Position numbers and translations under genes: made by a program. A stretch of DNA of 64,000 bases from Candidatus Melainabacteria bacterium 17Bon1m. GTDB lineage: Bacteria; Cyanobacteriota; Vampirovibrionia; Obscuribacterales; Obscuribacteraceae. The stretch covers positions 32,001-96,000 of the forward strand of contig JAVLKG010000002.1 of NCBI GenBank assembly GCA_032128875.1. Direction: 5' to 3'. The first letter of the stretch is position 1. Each line of letters opens with the position of its first letter. Under the pieces are notes generated by a model that did not search any database, was not told the DNA's origin, and saw only the letters and a list, made by a program, of their open reading frames with translations. Shown in pieces: positions 26,853 to 36,167 of the stretch.

Positions 26853-27247
26853 TTCGTTACAGTGACTCTTGTCCCTTCATTTTCCTTAGATTCAATATCG
26901 AAGTCATCCATGAGGCGTTTTGCGCCTCCTAGCCCAAGCCCCATGCCTCTGCCTGTGCTAAAACCATCTTCAAGCGCTCGCGCTAGGTCCGGGATGCCTG
27001 GTCCAGTGTCTTCGAAAATGAGGCGGATGCCAATGCGCTCAGGCTCGGTTACAAGCTGAATAATTGACTTGCCACCTTTCCCATGCTCGAGCGTATTTCG
27101 CGCCAACTCGCTTGCTGCACTGATAATCTTCGTTTGATTGACCAAACTAAAATTGAGAAGCGCAGTCACTCTCTTCACGCTATTTCGCACATCGAGGATG
27201 TCGTCTTCGTTGGCAATCGAGCGTTCTTCTTGCGACTTTACCGCCAT
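26834..27247 (-). CDS. rsbT: RsbT Ser/Thr kinase (copy 1)
   Basis: SAASELARN, DTGPGI, GMGLGLGGAKRLMDDF, KW. Confidence 0.9.
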   Translation of the reverse strand: MAVKSQEERSIANEDDILDVRNSVKRVTALLNFSLVNQTKIISAASELARNTLEHGKGGKSIIQLVTEPERIGIRLIFEDTGPGIPDLARALEDGFSTGRGMGLGLGGAKRLMDDFDIESKENEGTRVTVTKWTEKN

Positions 27248-27645
27248 TTTGCCTCTTGCTTCTTTGCATTTGCTTTTCCATTGGCTTTAGCTTTGACCAT
27301 ATCAGTCAGAAGCTTCATGCCGTCTTCTGCGGTCAAAGCTGTGTAAATACCGGGAAGTGTAATTCCAAGCTCAGTGATAGTTATTGCGATTGCCGGCTGC
27401 ATGCCGACGAGTACACAATGGCAATCGAGCAACTTGGCCGTCTTGGAGATGTTGCCCAAAATTCTTCCCATAAATGAATCAACCATCTCCAGCGCGGAAA
27501 TGTCGATTAATACACCTTTGGCTGAATTGTCAACTATCTTTTCCGACAAATCCTCAAGCAGTGCTATAGCGATACGATCGTGAAAGTCGACTTGAATGGT
27601 GACGAGTAGTACGTCCCCAATCTTCAAAATTGGAATACGATCCAT
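27238..27645 (-). CDS. rsbS: RsbS STAS-domain stressosome protein
   Basis: IPILKIG, GVLIDIS, MVDSF (phospho-Ser site), GMQPAIAIT. Confidence 0.92.
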   Translation of the reverse strand: MDRIPILKIGDVLLVTIQVDFHDRIAIALLEDLSEKIVDNSAKGVLIDISALEMVDSFMGRILGNISKTAKLLDCHCVLVGMQPAIAITITELGITLPGIYTALTAEDGMKLLTDMVKAKANGKANAKKQEAKWR

Positions 27646-27662
27646 TTTCTATTTCCCTTTGA

Positions 27663-28529
27663 TTAGACAGTTTCGAGATGTCTTTCGAATGACCAACCAC
27701 CGCGGGCAAGTGCTTCCTTTATTGCGTCTGCCATTGTTGCCTTGGTTACTATGTCATTGATGTCTATACCGAGATGCACGATGGTCTGCGCAATTTGCGG
27801 TCTGATACCACTGATGATGCATTCGGCTCCCATCAGGCGAGTAGCCGAGACCGTCTTCATCAAATGCTGTGCCGTTTGTGTATCTACAGTCGGAACACCG
27901 GTGATGTCCAAAATCGCGATGCGCGAGCCTGTATCAACGATTTTTTGCAGCAGTGTTTCCATCACGATCTGCGTGCGAGCACTGTCGAGCGTTCCAATCA
28001 AAGGAACAGCAACAACCCCATCCCAAACCTTAATTACTGGCGTGGACATTTCCAGCATTTCTTTTTGCTGGCGTCGAATAATTGCTTCGCGTGTTCTCTG
28101 GAAAGTTTCGGCAGTATACAGTCCAAGTTTGTCGAGCAAAAGTGACAATTGCCAAACCCCCGCCGAAGCTTCGGTATTACCCTGTCCTTTTTCGGAAGTA
28201 AGCCGTGCAAACAAGGGTTCTTTCATTGAGAAAATGAATTTAGCGGTTTCTGATGGCGTAGAGCCTTGGGAAGCGCGGCTTGCCGAGAGTTCCGCAAGCA
28301 TGTGTCTCATTTCTTCCCATTCTGGCTTTTCAATGTCATCGACATTGCCCTTGGCTATGGCTTCTTCAAAGAGACGGAAAAATTCTGATGAACTGGCTCG
28401 AAGCGATGCCTCTGGAACACTCTTCGACCGTGATTTGTCACTCAGTTGATTTTTTATCCACTCTGTAAGAATTTCTTCCTTAGAGCCGCTGATGATCTGG
28501 TGGAGAGGTACTGCTGTTTCTCTTGTCAT
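27663..28529 (-). CDS. rsbR: RsbR stressosome protein (RsbRD-type N domain plus STAS)
   Basis: STPVIKVWDGV, PLIGTLDSAR, DITGVPTVDT, GIRPQIAQT. Confidence 0.92.
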   Translation of the reverse strand: MTRETAVPLHQIISGSKEEILTEWIKNQLSDKSRSKSVPEASLRASSSEFFRLFEEAIAKGNVDDIEKPEWEEMRHMLAELSASRASQGSTPSETAKFIFSMKEPLFARLTSEKGQGNTEASAGVWQLSLLLDKLGLYTAETFQRTREAIIRRQQKEMLEMSTPVIKVWDGVVAVPLIGTLDSARTQIVMETLLQKIVDTGSRIAILDITGVPTVDTQTAQHLMKTVSATRLMGAECIISGIRPQIAQTIVHLGIDINDIVTKATMADAIKEALARGGWSFERHLETV

Positions 28530-28774
28530 GTCTGCGTGAGCCCCATAAATCGCTGTGAGACCATCATTATCAGTTATATTTATTCAAAATGGGGGTATTA
28601 GATGTATTTTCCATATCGCCCGTGGTGTGAATTGTATCCGATTGGATGCTTGACAAGAGTTCAAAGGCAGTCCTACCTTTGAACTCTGGAAATAGCAAAA
28701 ATTTTGTCGTTTTTGTACATGATTGAACATTATGCGGATTCATTCCACTTTCGAATGTCACTTTTATGCGATTC

Positions 28775-28808
28775 TTCAAAAGAAAGACGCCAGGTTGCCC
28801 TGGCGTCT
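28775..28808 (-). terminator. Intrinsic terminator of the VIT gene
   Basis: AGACGCCAGG-ttgc-CCTGGCGTCT perfect stem (28785-28808) followed by UUCUUUU on the minus strand. Confidence 0.8.
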
Positions 28809-28833
28809 CCCTCCTGGCGCGTGGCGAAAACTC

Positions 28834-31815
28834 TTATAGTCCTCCTCCGAGTCCTCCGAAGTTGTTGATGAAGTTAGTGCCTACGATGTGAATCGTGAGC
28901 GGTACAAACAGCACCATTGCGGATGCTTTGGCAATAACGACCTTTGTCATTTGTCTCTGCCCGCGGACGTAAATACTCGCGACAACTAAGGCAATTACTC
29001 CGGCGATCAGAGTCAGCAGTCTGACAATGTCCCGCGCTGTGTCATATCCGAAGTCCGCGAGTTGTCCCACTTCATTCGATTGTCCATAGCGAGGATCGAC
29101 AGGAGCACCGACGAGACCACCGCCAGTATTCACGAGAGCCGGAGAAATGGTTCCAAGCCCATCCCTATACTGACCAGGGTCAAGCCCCGCGCTCTTGTAC
29201 TCTTCAAAAGTTTGAAGAATGACAGCACCCGTCACAGGACTAACGATGCGATATTTCGCGCCGATCAATTTCGCTTGGTGACCTTCGCTTAAAGACATTA
29301 GTCTGGCAACTTCATCGCGCGCCCAGAGACATGTAACTTCTGCAGATGAAGCCTTGTCCGTGAAAATCTTGGTCTTTGGTTTTGTCTGCGAGTAGGTCTT
29401 CACTAAAGCCAGCCGCTTTGTTCCTCGTGCCCAAGTTGTTGCAAGGACTTTTACATCGTCAGCAAGCGAGCTAGATTTGATTGACGACAGTTTTTTTCTT
29501 TCATCTTCCTTTCGCGCAACCGTTTCACAGGTCACGTAATTGGTCACATCTTCTTGCTTTAGCTTTTGCAAAGCCGTATTTGGACCAGCCCCAATTTGTA
29601 AATCATTCAAAGTAACTCTATTGACTAAATCAAGAGCCTTTGAATCGCCCAGCGCTGGTGAAAGCGGTTGTGGACCGTGAATCCAAAGCACGCTGCAATT
29701 TGGTTCTTCCGCTGCTGTCTCAAGAGCTTCGCGTAGGGTTTTATAGTTTTCCTGTCCTCCGACGAAAACATCAGGAGTTAATGCCTTCAGCGCATCAGCT
29801 TTGTCTATCATGATTGGCGTTTTGTCGGCAGCTGCTTCTTCATTTTGCGTTTCGAATTCTGCTACCGATTCGCCTTGTGATTCACTAACTGCAACTTGTT
29901 CTCGCAGATTTTTTTCGCTCGCTACAAACACCATCGGTTTTAAACCAGCGGGAATGCTCTCGATCGCTTCCTTTATCTGAGGCAGCTCTGTTTTGAGAGA
30001 TGCGGAGCCATCAACAACTACAAACACTCGTTTTATTGCTGGTGTGGTTACATTCTGAAGACGGGCGACAATATAGCGCGCGTCTTTTGCGAACCAATCA
30101 AGTGTTGCAAACTCTCTCAAAAAGTCGGTTCTTTGGACGATAACAGTGCCTATAGATTTACTTTTGTCGCTCGTCTTTATAATTCCGCTCAATTCATATC
30201 CGTTGTCCTTTTTCGTTGCCACTACACCGGCCAAATCGTTGATTGGTTTGTTTTGGGAGTGAAGAGTGACACGGTGACGTTTGGGCTGCATGAAATTACT
30301 GCTCAGCAATTTCGGAAGTTCCATCGAGCATGTTTTACCGTCTTTTGTTTCGAGCGGAATCTTAAAGCCAATGCGAATTTTTTGTTCACTTGCGACCGGC
30401 ACTGGGAATGATTGCACAAGAATATGATCAGGTGCCGACATAGTGACCAGCAGTGGATCTCGTCTTTGACCGACTATGTTTTCGTAAGCTGCTCGGACTT
30501 TCATAGAAGCGTCGAAGGCGCCATCCCTTGGTTCGCCATCTATCCATAGTGTCGCTCGTGATACCACGGCGCCTTTTGGCAAGGCAATTTCGCATCGAGA
30601 TTCTTGTGCTGAAGATGTTGAATTGTGGAAAGTAAGTGTCCAGTCTATTGAACTGGAGAGAGTTTCGGTATTGATATTGCCTGCTATTTGAGATTTTGTC
30701 AGCGACAAACCTGTAACAACATCTCCTACCGCTGGGTTTTGTATTATTGTTTCGAGGCTGGGAGCGTCGCCTGTGTTCTTACCAGTATCGAAAAACGATT
30801 TCCCTGTAATTTTGAAATAAAGATCACGATCCAATTGATTGGGGGCAGCAAGTCCACGATTTGGTATCAGTAATTCGCCCAACGCAAAACCACCGATCGG
30901 AAACTTCCATGGACGCAAGTCTTCTTCTGTTGCAACCGAACGCAGCGTTGTTATTGCCTCCGTTTTTCTTGATAGCGAACCACTGCGCGCGGTATCGAGC
31001 TGTGATTGAACGAACATACCTCGAGCCATTGGTGTGAATACAAACAGGAAAGACAATGCTATTCCCATTGCGGAAAATGTCGTTGTTATGCGCTTTATGT
31101 TTGCGTCTGTCTTGTGCCAAAGATCCATTGCTAGGCACGCTGCTGCGAAGAGCAAAAATGGAGATGTGCACAGCAGGAGCATCCACCCTAACTTGCAGGA
31201 GACGCCACTCGCCGGAAAGAACACCGCCTTCATCCAGATGGCTGTCCAACATGCCGACAAGCCTAAAGCGAAACCATTCATGACGCCCGCAAGGCGTGGA
31301 CGCGCTAGGTAGCCTCGGCGCAATGCGGACCAGACTCCAAAATTGAAGAGTGGAACAATGACCAGCAATGCCAATTTCCCAAGTTCTTGCGGTATGTTCG
31401 TCGGTGCTGCGGAGAACAGCGAGCTAATTCCATAAGCCAGGAGACCTATTCCCGGAAGAATTGCTCCGAATGTGACAACAAACATGCCCTCAAAAGGCGC
31501 GGCGAACACATCAAATTCTTTCTTCCCCCGGAAAATTCGACGTTCTGCAAGTATGTGGAATATGACAGCTACCAAGCTGAGCACGCCGAAGGAAATCGCA
31601 GCAACACCCGGTGTTTTATTGAGACAAACAATAGTTGCAACACCGATAATCGCGATTGACAGATACAGTGAAGGCTCTTTGAGTACATGCCTTGTACCAC
31701 CATCAAAGCCGCTAATCTTGGGCTTTGTTATTGTTTCGGGGTGAAGTTGCTGTGTGATTTCTTGTTCTGCCTGATCACGATCGTGATCAAGCGACGACTG
31801 TTCTAGGGTGTTCAT
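28834..31815 (-). CDS. Integral membrane protein with VIT domain, degenerate vWA region and C-terminal two-TM module
   Basis: About 7 N-terminal TMs; LPKGAVVSRATLWIDGEPR...AYENIV..RRDPLLV (VIT); VVDGSAS (MIDAS-like); IVSPVTGAVIL. Confidence 0.8.
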   Translation of the reverse strand: MNTLEQSSLDHDRDQAEQEITQQLHPETITKPKISGFDGGTRHVLKEPSLYLSIAIIGVATIVCLNKTPGVAAISFGVLSLVAVIFHILAERRIFRGKKEFDVFAAPFEGMFVVTFGAILPGIGLLAYGISSLFSAAPTNIPQELGKLALLVIVPLFNFGVWSALRRGYLARPRLAGVMNGFALGLSACWTAIWMKAVFFPASGVSCKLGWMLLLCTSPFLLFAAACLAMDLWHKTDANIKRITTTFSAMGIALSFLFVFTPMARGMFVQSQLDTARSGSLSRKTEAITTLRSVATEEDLRPWKFPIGGFALGELLIPNRGLAAPNQLDRDLYFKITGKSFFDTGKNTGDAPSLETIIQNPAVGDVVTGLSLTKSQIAGNINTETLSSSIDWTLTFHNSTSSAQESRCEIALPKGAVVSRATLWIDGEPRDGAFDASMKVRAAYENIVGQRRDPLLVTMSAPDHILVQSFPVPVASEQKIRIGFKIPLETKDGKTCSMELPKLLSSNFMQPKRHRVTLHSQNKPINDLAGVVATKKDNGYELSGIIKTSDKSKSIGTVIVQRTDFLREFATLDWFAKDARYIVARLQNVTTPAIKRVFVVVDGSASLKTELPQIKEAIESIPAGLKPMVFVASEKNLREQVAVSESQGESVAEFETQNEEAAADKTPIMIDKADALKALTPDVFVGGQENYKTLREALETAAEEPNCSVLWIHGPQPLSPALGDSKALDLVNRVTLNDLQIGAGPNTALQKLKQEDVTNYVTCETVARKEDERKKLSSIKSSSLADDVKVLATTWARGTKRLALVKTYSQTKPKTKIFTDKASSAEVTCLWARDEVARLMSLSEGHQAKLIGAKYRIVSPVTGAVILQTFEEYKSAGLDPGQYRDGLGTISPALVNTGGGLVGAPVDPRYGQSNEVGQLADFGYDTARDIVRLLTLIAGVIALVVASIYVRGQRQMTKVVIAKASAMVLFVPLTIHIVGTNFINNFGGLGGGL

Positions 31816-32089
31816 GACGAAAACCTCTGCTACGTATATAGTGAAAAATTTGACGTTAAGTAGCGGCCGCGCAAGGCGTCGCGCGGCAAATCAACAAGCC
31901 AGCTGTATGTTCTACTTAAGCTGTTTATTTAACTAATCTGAACTCGGCGTGGCGGTCCGAGCACACGTGGCGTGTTAGCGTTCACGCATTATGTACCCGC
32001 TGGAAACCAGCTGCAATACTACGTCTCAAAAGTGAGTGGGGAATTTCCCATGTTTTCGTCTGTAATCAGTACGATTTTCGTGTCATAAA

Positions 32090-32115
32090 GCCGGCGAGCC
32101 GCCGGCGCTCCCAGG
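32090..32115 (-). repeat. REP-like palindrome
   Basis: Minus strand CCTGGGAGCGCCGGCGGCTCGCCGGC with a GCCGGC stem; single copy in this window. Confidence 0.45.
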
Positions 32116-32209
32116 TGTTTCTATACAAACTGACTCTAGGGTAAACGGTAGTGTATTTGTAGTGCCACTCAATTACGCTGGTTGCGCACACTTACTACTT
32201 TGGCCGACA

Positions 32210-32797
32210 ATGAAACATTTACCTACTCCCTTTATCGGGGTGCTTCTTTGTGCATTCGTGCTCGGGGCGCCCGTCATCGCGAGCGATGGTTCGCTGACGT
32301 TTCAAGAGAAATCGCTGTTGGAGCAACTGGCGGATGCGCACCGCAGACCACTCAATGAGATGCCCATGATTCTGAATTGGGATCTCTATAAGACCTTTGA
32401 AGAAAGGCATTGCACAGAAAGAGCGAAAAAGCATCTTCAGCAGACTTATGTCGAGATTGAGAAAATTGAAAAAGTGCAGCACTTAACGCAGTCATTAATT
32501 GAGTGCACCGCAAATACGTTGGACGAGATGGCGAATACATTTTGCCCAACACCTATGAGTGAATTTAACGACGGTGATTTGCTTGATAAGCCGCCAAGCT
32601 CGAATTTTGCACTCGCGGAATCTCTCATGATGCGTCGGTTGAGAATGTTAGATAGACTTCCCGTCACAAATGACGCTCGTATTTATGCTCACGAGTCAAT
32701 GGAAAAGTGGTACCAGTCGTTTGGCAAAAAGGCAGAAGCGATGAAGGCGCACAAGAGTATGGTCAAGCTAATAGAGCAGCGGCAAAAACTGGAGTAA
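32210..32797 (+). CDS. Hypothetical secreted alpha-helical protein
   Basis: Signal-peptide-like N-terminus; helical composition; no recognised motif. Confidence 0.6.
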   Translation: MKHLPTPFIGVLLCAFVLGAPVIASDGSLTFQEKSLLEQLADAHRRPLNEMPMILNWDLYKTFEERHCTERAKKHLQQTYVEIEKIEKVQHLTQSLIECTANTLDEMANTFCPTPMSEFNDGDLLDKPPSSNFALAESLMMRRLRMLDRLPVTNDARIYAHESMEKWYQSFGKKAEAMKAHKSMVKLIEQRQKLE

Positions 32798-32844
32798 ACG
32801 GCCCGGCTGCGTTGTAAATCGTATACAATCATGCGACACGGTCC

Positions 32845-35142
32845 ATGCGTGGGGTGTCCGGTTTGAAACGCAAGAAAGACAAGAAGTTTTCTCAGAAAGA
32901 CTATAAGCATCCAGCGGCTGCGTGGGGTGCAGCCTTTAGTGTCGCTCGCGTTTTGCTCGAACAGAAAGAGATTCTTGAAGGCACGGAAGCGGTCTTTCGG
33001 ATGAACCACGAGAACGGCGGCTACGATTGCCCTGGCTGTGCTTGGCCAGACGATCGCAAAGGCTTGCGTATGGACATTTGCGAAAATGGCATCAAGCATG
33101 TGACCTGGGAGATGACCAAGAAGCGTGTTGGCTCGGAATTTTTCGCGAAGCATACCGTCAGCGATTTACTTACCTGGAGCGATTTCGAACTTGAAGATGC
33201 AGGTCGACTGACTGAGCCGATGCAATACGATGCATCAAGCGATAAGTACATTCCTATTACGTGGGATGCGGCTTTTAAACTCATCGCGCAGCAGTTGAAT
33301 TCTCTGCCGACGCCTAATGCGGCAAGTTTTTACACTTCTGGCCGGCTGTCGAATGAAGCGACATTTCTATATCAGTTGTTTGCGCGTGAATTCGGTACCA
33401 ACAATCTACCTGATTGTTCTAACATGTGCCACGAGGCTAGCGGTCGAGCGATGTTTGCGTCGATCGGCACCGGCAAAGGGACAGTCGATTTAATCGACTG
33501 GCAAAATACGGATGCGATTTTCATTCTAGGTGTGAATGTGGCGACCAACGCACCACGCATGCTTACCGCATTATCTGATGGTGTCAAAGAGCGCGGTACA
33601 AAGATAGTGCACATCAATCCGTTGATTGAAGTTGCCGCAACTAGCGCCATTACGCCTCATGAAGTCATGGATATGTTGCTCTTCAAGGCGACCCCGACCA
33701 GCTCGCTCAACCTGCAGCCTAACTTGGGTGGTGACTTTGCATTGATGCGTGGTATCGCGAAATACCTATTCGAACAAGCTGAAAAAGATCCTTCGGTGCT
33801 CAGCACGCTCTTTATAGAAAAGTACACTTCTGGTTTTGAAGAGTATAAACAGGTGTGTACATCCATGCCCTGGTCAGAACTGGAGCGGCAATCTGGTATC
33901 TCTAGAGCCGAGATTGAAAAGGCTGGAGAAATTTATCGACAAGCTAATGCCGCTATTATTGCCTGGTGCCTTGGTGTTACCCAGCACGAGCACAGTGTTG
34001 ATACTATCCGTGAGATAGTCAACGTCTTGCTTTTACGGGGCAATCTTGGTCGCGAGGGTGCCGGTCCTTGTCCTGTTCGTGGACATAGTAATGTACAGGG
34101 AAATAGAACTTGCGGCATCCATCACCGACCACCCGAAGAATGGCTTGCGAAGATGGATGCGGCGTGCGGTATCAAATCACCGCGCGAGCATGGTTTGGAC
34201 ACTGTAAGAACAATCGAAGCTATGCACAAAGGCGATGTGAAAGTGTTTTTCGCAATGGGCGGAAATTTTGCCTCAGCTTCGCCGGATACTGAATTTACGT
34301 TCGAAGCTTTAAGACGGTGTGATCTTACTGTCCACATAAGCACCAAACTCAATCGCAGCCATGTTGTTCATGGAAAACAGGCATTGATACTGCCCTGTCT
34401 CGGTCGCACGGAGGAAGACATGCAAGCGTCCGGTCCTCAGGAAGTGACAGTTGAAGACTCCATGAGCATGGTCCACTTGTCTAAAGGCATGCGCCGTCCT
34501 GCGTCTGACAAATTGATGTCGGAGACCGCGATTCTCTGTGAATTGGCGAAGGCGACTTTGAAAAACTCACCCACGCCCTGGACTGAATACAGAGGTAATT
34601 ACGATCTTATTCGCGACAAAATGGCAGTTGCTATCACTGGTTTTGAAGACTTCAATCGAAGAGTGAGACGAACGCTGGGATTTAGATTGAGACAACCAGC
34701 GCGCGAATTGATCTTTGATACTCCCACTGGTAAAGCGAACTTTTCCGTTGCGCCCTTGCCTGATGTTTTGCCACCAGCTGGAAAACTCAAGCTCGGAACA
34801 ATGCGTTCGCACGATCAATTCAACACGACTGTATATTCCGACAACGATAGATATCGCGGTGTGAAAAACCTGCGAGAGTTGCTCTTCATGAACGAGAAGG
34901 ACATGAAAGAGTTGGGATTGAATGAATTCGACTTGATTGAAATAACAAGCTTCGCGCGAGATGGAAGCACGAGATCTGTTCGCGATTTTAGGGCCGTAAA
35001 ATACAATATCCCAAAGGGTTCAACCCTGGGCTATATGCCAGAACTGAATGTTCTTTGCCCGATCGGTGACTTTAGCTCGCAGAGCGATCAGCCGCTGATG
35101 AAGCAGGTTTTGGTGGAAGTAAAACGGCAGGGGGCGCAGTAG
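32845..35142 (+). CDS. FdhF/YdeP family molybdopterin oxidoreductase
   Basis: DCPGCAWP, CENG, YTSGRLSNE, NLPDCSNMCHE, PVRGHSNVQG, RSHDQFNTTVY. Confidence 0.93.
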   Translation: MRGVSGLKRKKDKKFSQKDYKHPAAAWGAAFSVARVLLEQKEILEGTEAVFRMNHENGGYDCPGCAWPDDRKGLRMDICENGIKHVTWEMTKKRVGSEFFAKHTVSDLLTWSDFELEDAGRLTEPMQYDASSDKYIPITWDAAFKLIAQQLNSLPTPNAASFYTSGRLSNEATFLYQLFAREFGTNNLPDCSNMCHEASGRAMFASIGTGKGTVDLIDWQNTDAIFILGVNVATNAPRMLTALSDGVKERGTKIVHINPLIEVAATSAITPHEVMDMLLFKATPTSSLNLQPNLGGDFALMRGIAKYLFEQAEKDPSVLSTLFIEKYTSGFEEYKQVCTSMPWSELERQSGISRAEIEKAGEIYRQANAAIIAWCLGVTQHEHSVDTIREIVNVLLLRGNLGREGAGPCPVRGHSNVQGNRTCGIHHRPPEEWLAKMDAACGIKSPREHGLDTVRTIEAMHKGDVKVFFAMGGNFASASPDTEFTFEALRRCDLTVHISTKLNRSHVVHGKQALILPCLGRTEEDMQASGPQEVTVEDSMSMVHLSKGMRRPASDKLMSETAILCELAKATLKNSPTPWTEYRGNYDLIRDKMAVAITGFEDFNRRVRRTLGFRLRQPARELIFDTPTGKANFSVAPLPDVLPPAGKLKLGTMRSHDQFNTTVYSDNDRYRGVKNLRELLFMNEKDMKELGLNEFDLIEITSFARDGSTRSVRDFRAVKYNIPKGSTLGYMPELNVLCPIGDFSSQSDQPLMKQVLVEVKRQGAQ

Positions 35143-35146
35143 CTTC

Positions 35147-36040
35147 ATGGACAGACGCGAAGCGCCAGTTGCAGACGTAAGCATGAAAGCAATTACCAAA
35201 GACATATTGGAAGTTCCGATCAGGCGTATCGCAGGCGAACAATCTGTCGATCTGATGGACTCGCTGTCGGTGGAAGAACCGCTGGAAATACGCATACGAA
35301 AGAGAGCTGTCCGCCGGGACGCAGATGGCGAGACCAATGGTTGTGCCGCGCCTTCATCTCGATCGATCGCGGTCACGATGAGAACTCCCGGAGCAGATCA
35401 GGAACTTGCTGTTGGCTTTTTGTTCACGGAAGGCATCATCTCCAGCGTCGCGCAGATAGAAGAAATCAAGAAGCGGGGTTGTAATGTGGTTGAAGTGATC
35501 CTGAATAGCGAGATGGAAGTCGATCCGGCTCTGCTTGACAGGCATTCGTTCATTGCTTCCAGTTGTGGTGTTTGCGGAAAGAAGAGTATCGAAGCCGTAC
35601 AAGCTCGTCGTACCTACTCTCCGTCAGTTCCCTTCCCGTCGATTGCGCCGGAAATTATTCTTGCTTTGCCCGACAAACTTCGGCAGGGGCAGAAGTCTTT
35701 TGGGTGCACGGGTGGCATTCATGCTTCAGGTTTGTTCGACATGAACGGTAATTTACTAATGGTTCGCGAGGATGTCGGTCGTCACAATGCACTCGACAAA
35801 CTCATCGGTGCCTGCGCCAATTCCGGTCTTTTGCCGTTAAACAAACACATCGTCGCTGTTAGCGGAAGGGCGAGTTTTGAGCTTGTACAGAAGGCCGCAC
35901 ATGCTGGCGCAACTGCTCTCGCCGCTGTGGGAGCGCCTTCCAGTCTTGCAGTTCAACTGGCGCAAAGCAGCGGAATGACTCTAATGGGCTTCGTAAAAGC
36001 CACTGGATTCAATATTTATACTGGTGCCGGCGCCTCTTGA
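35147..36040 (+). CDS. fdhD: Formate dehydrogenase accessory sulfurtransferase FdhD
   Basis: VEEPLEI, TMRTPG, SSCGVCGK, TGGIHA, REDVGRHNALDK. Confidence 0.95.
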   Translation: MDRREAPVADVSMKAITKDILEVPIRRIAGEQSVDLMDSLSVEEPLEIRIRKRAVRRDADGETNGCAAPSSRSIAVTMRTPGADQELAVGFLFTEGIISSVAQIEEIKKRGCNVVEVILNSEMEVDPALLDRHSFIASSCGVCGKKSIEAVQARRTYSPSVPFPSIAPEIILALPDKLRQGQKSFGCTGGIHASGLFDMNGNLLMVREDVGRHNALDKLIGACANSGLLPLNKHIVAVSGRASFELVQKAAHAGATALAAVGAPSSLAVQLAQSSGMTLMGFVKATGFNIYTGAGAS

Positions 36041-36167
36041 TTTGTTAGTATGCGCCTCGCGTTTGCGGGACATGCAGGATGCAAAGACTGACTTGATCTA
36101 GATTGATCAATGCTCATCTTTTGCACAGCCCACAATCTGCGTTTGCATATCAGGAGATGGGGCACAG

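Noticed and set aside
27742-28449. 235-aa plus-strand ORF, and many similar antisense or alternate-frame ORFs in the track
   Set aside because: They lie within confidently identified genes and show no motifs; treated as shadow ORFs.
28530-28780. AT-rich region upstream of rsbR as a gene or ncRNA (69-aa ORF)
   Set aside because: No RBS, motif or stable structure seen; most simply the operon promoter region, and it lacks the ECF motif.
32845-35142. Selenocysteine formate dehydrogenase
   Set aside because: The frame is uninterrupted and has Cys at the Mo-ligand motif (CSNMCHE), which is YdeP-type.
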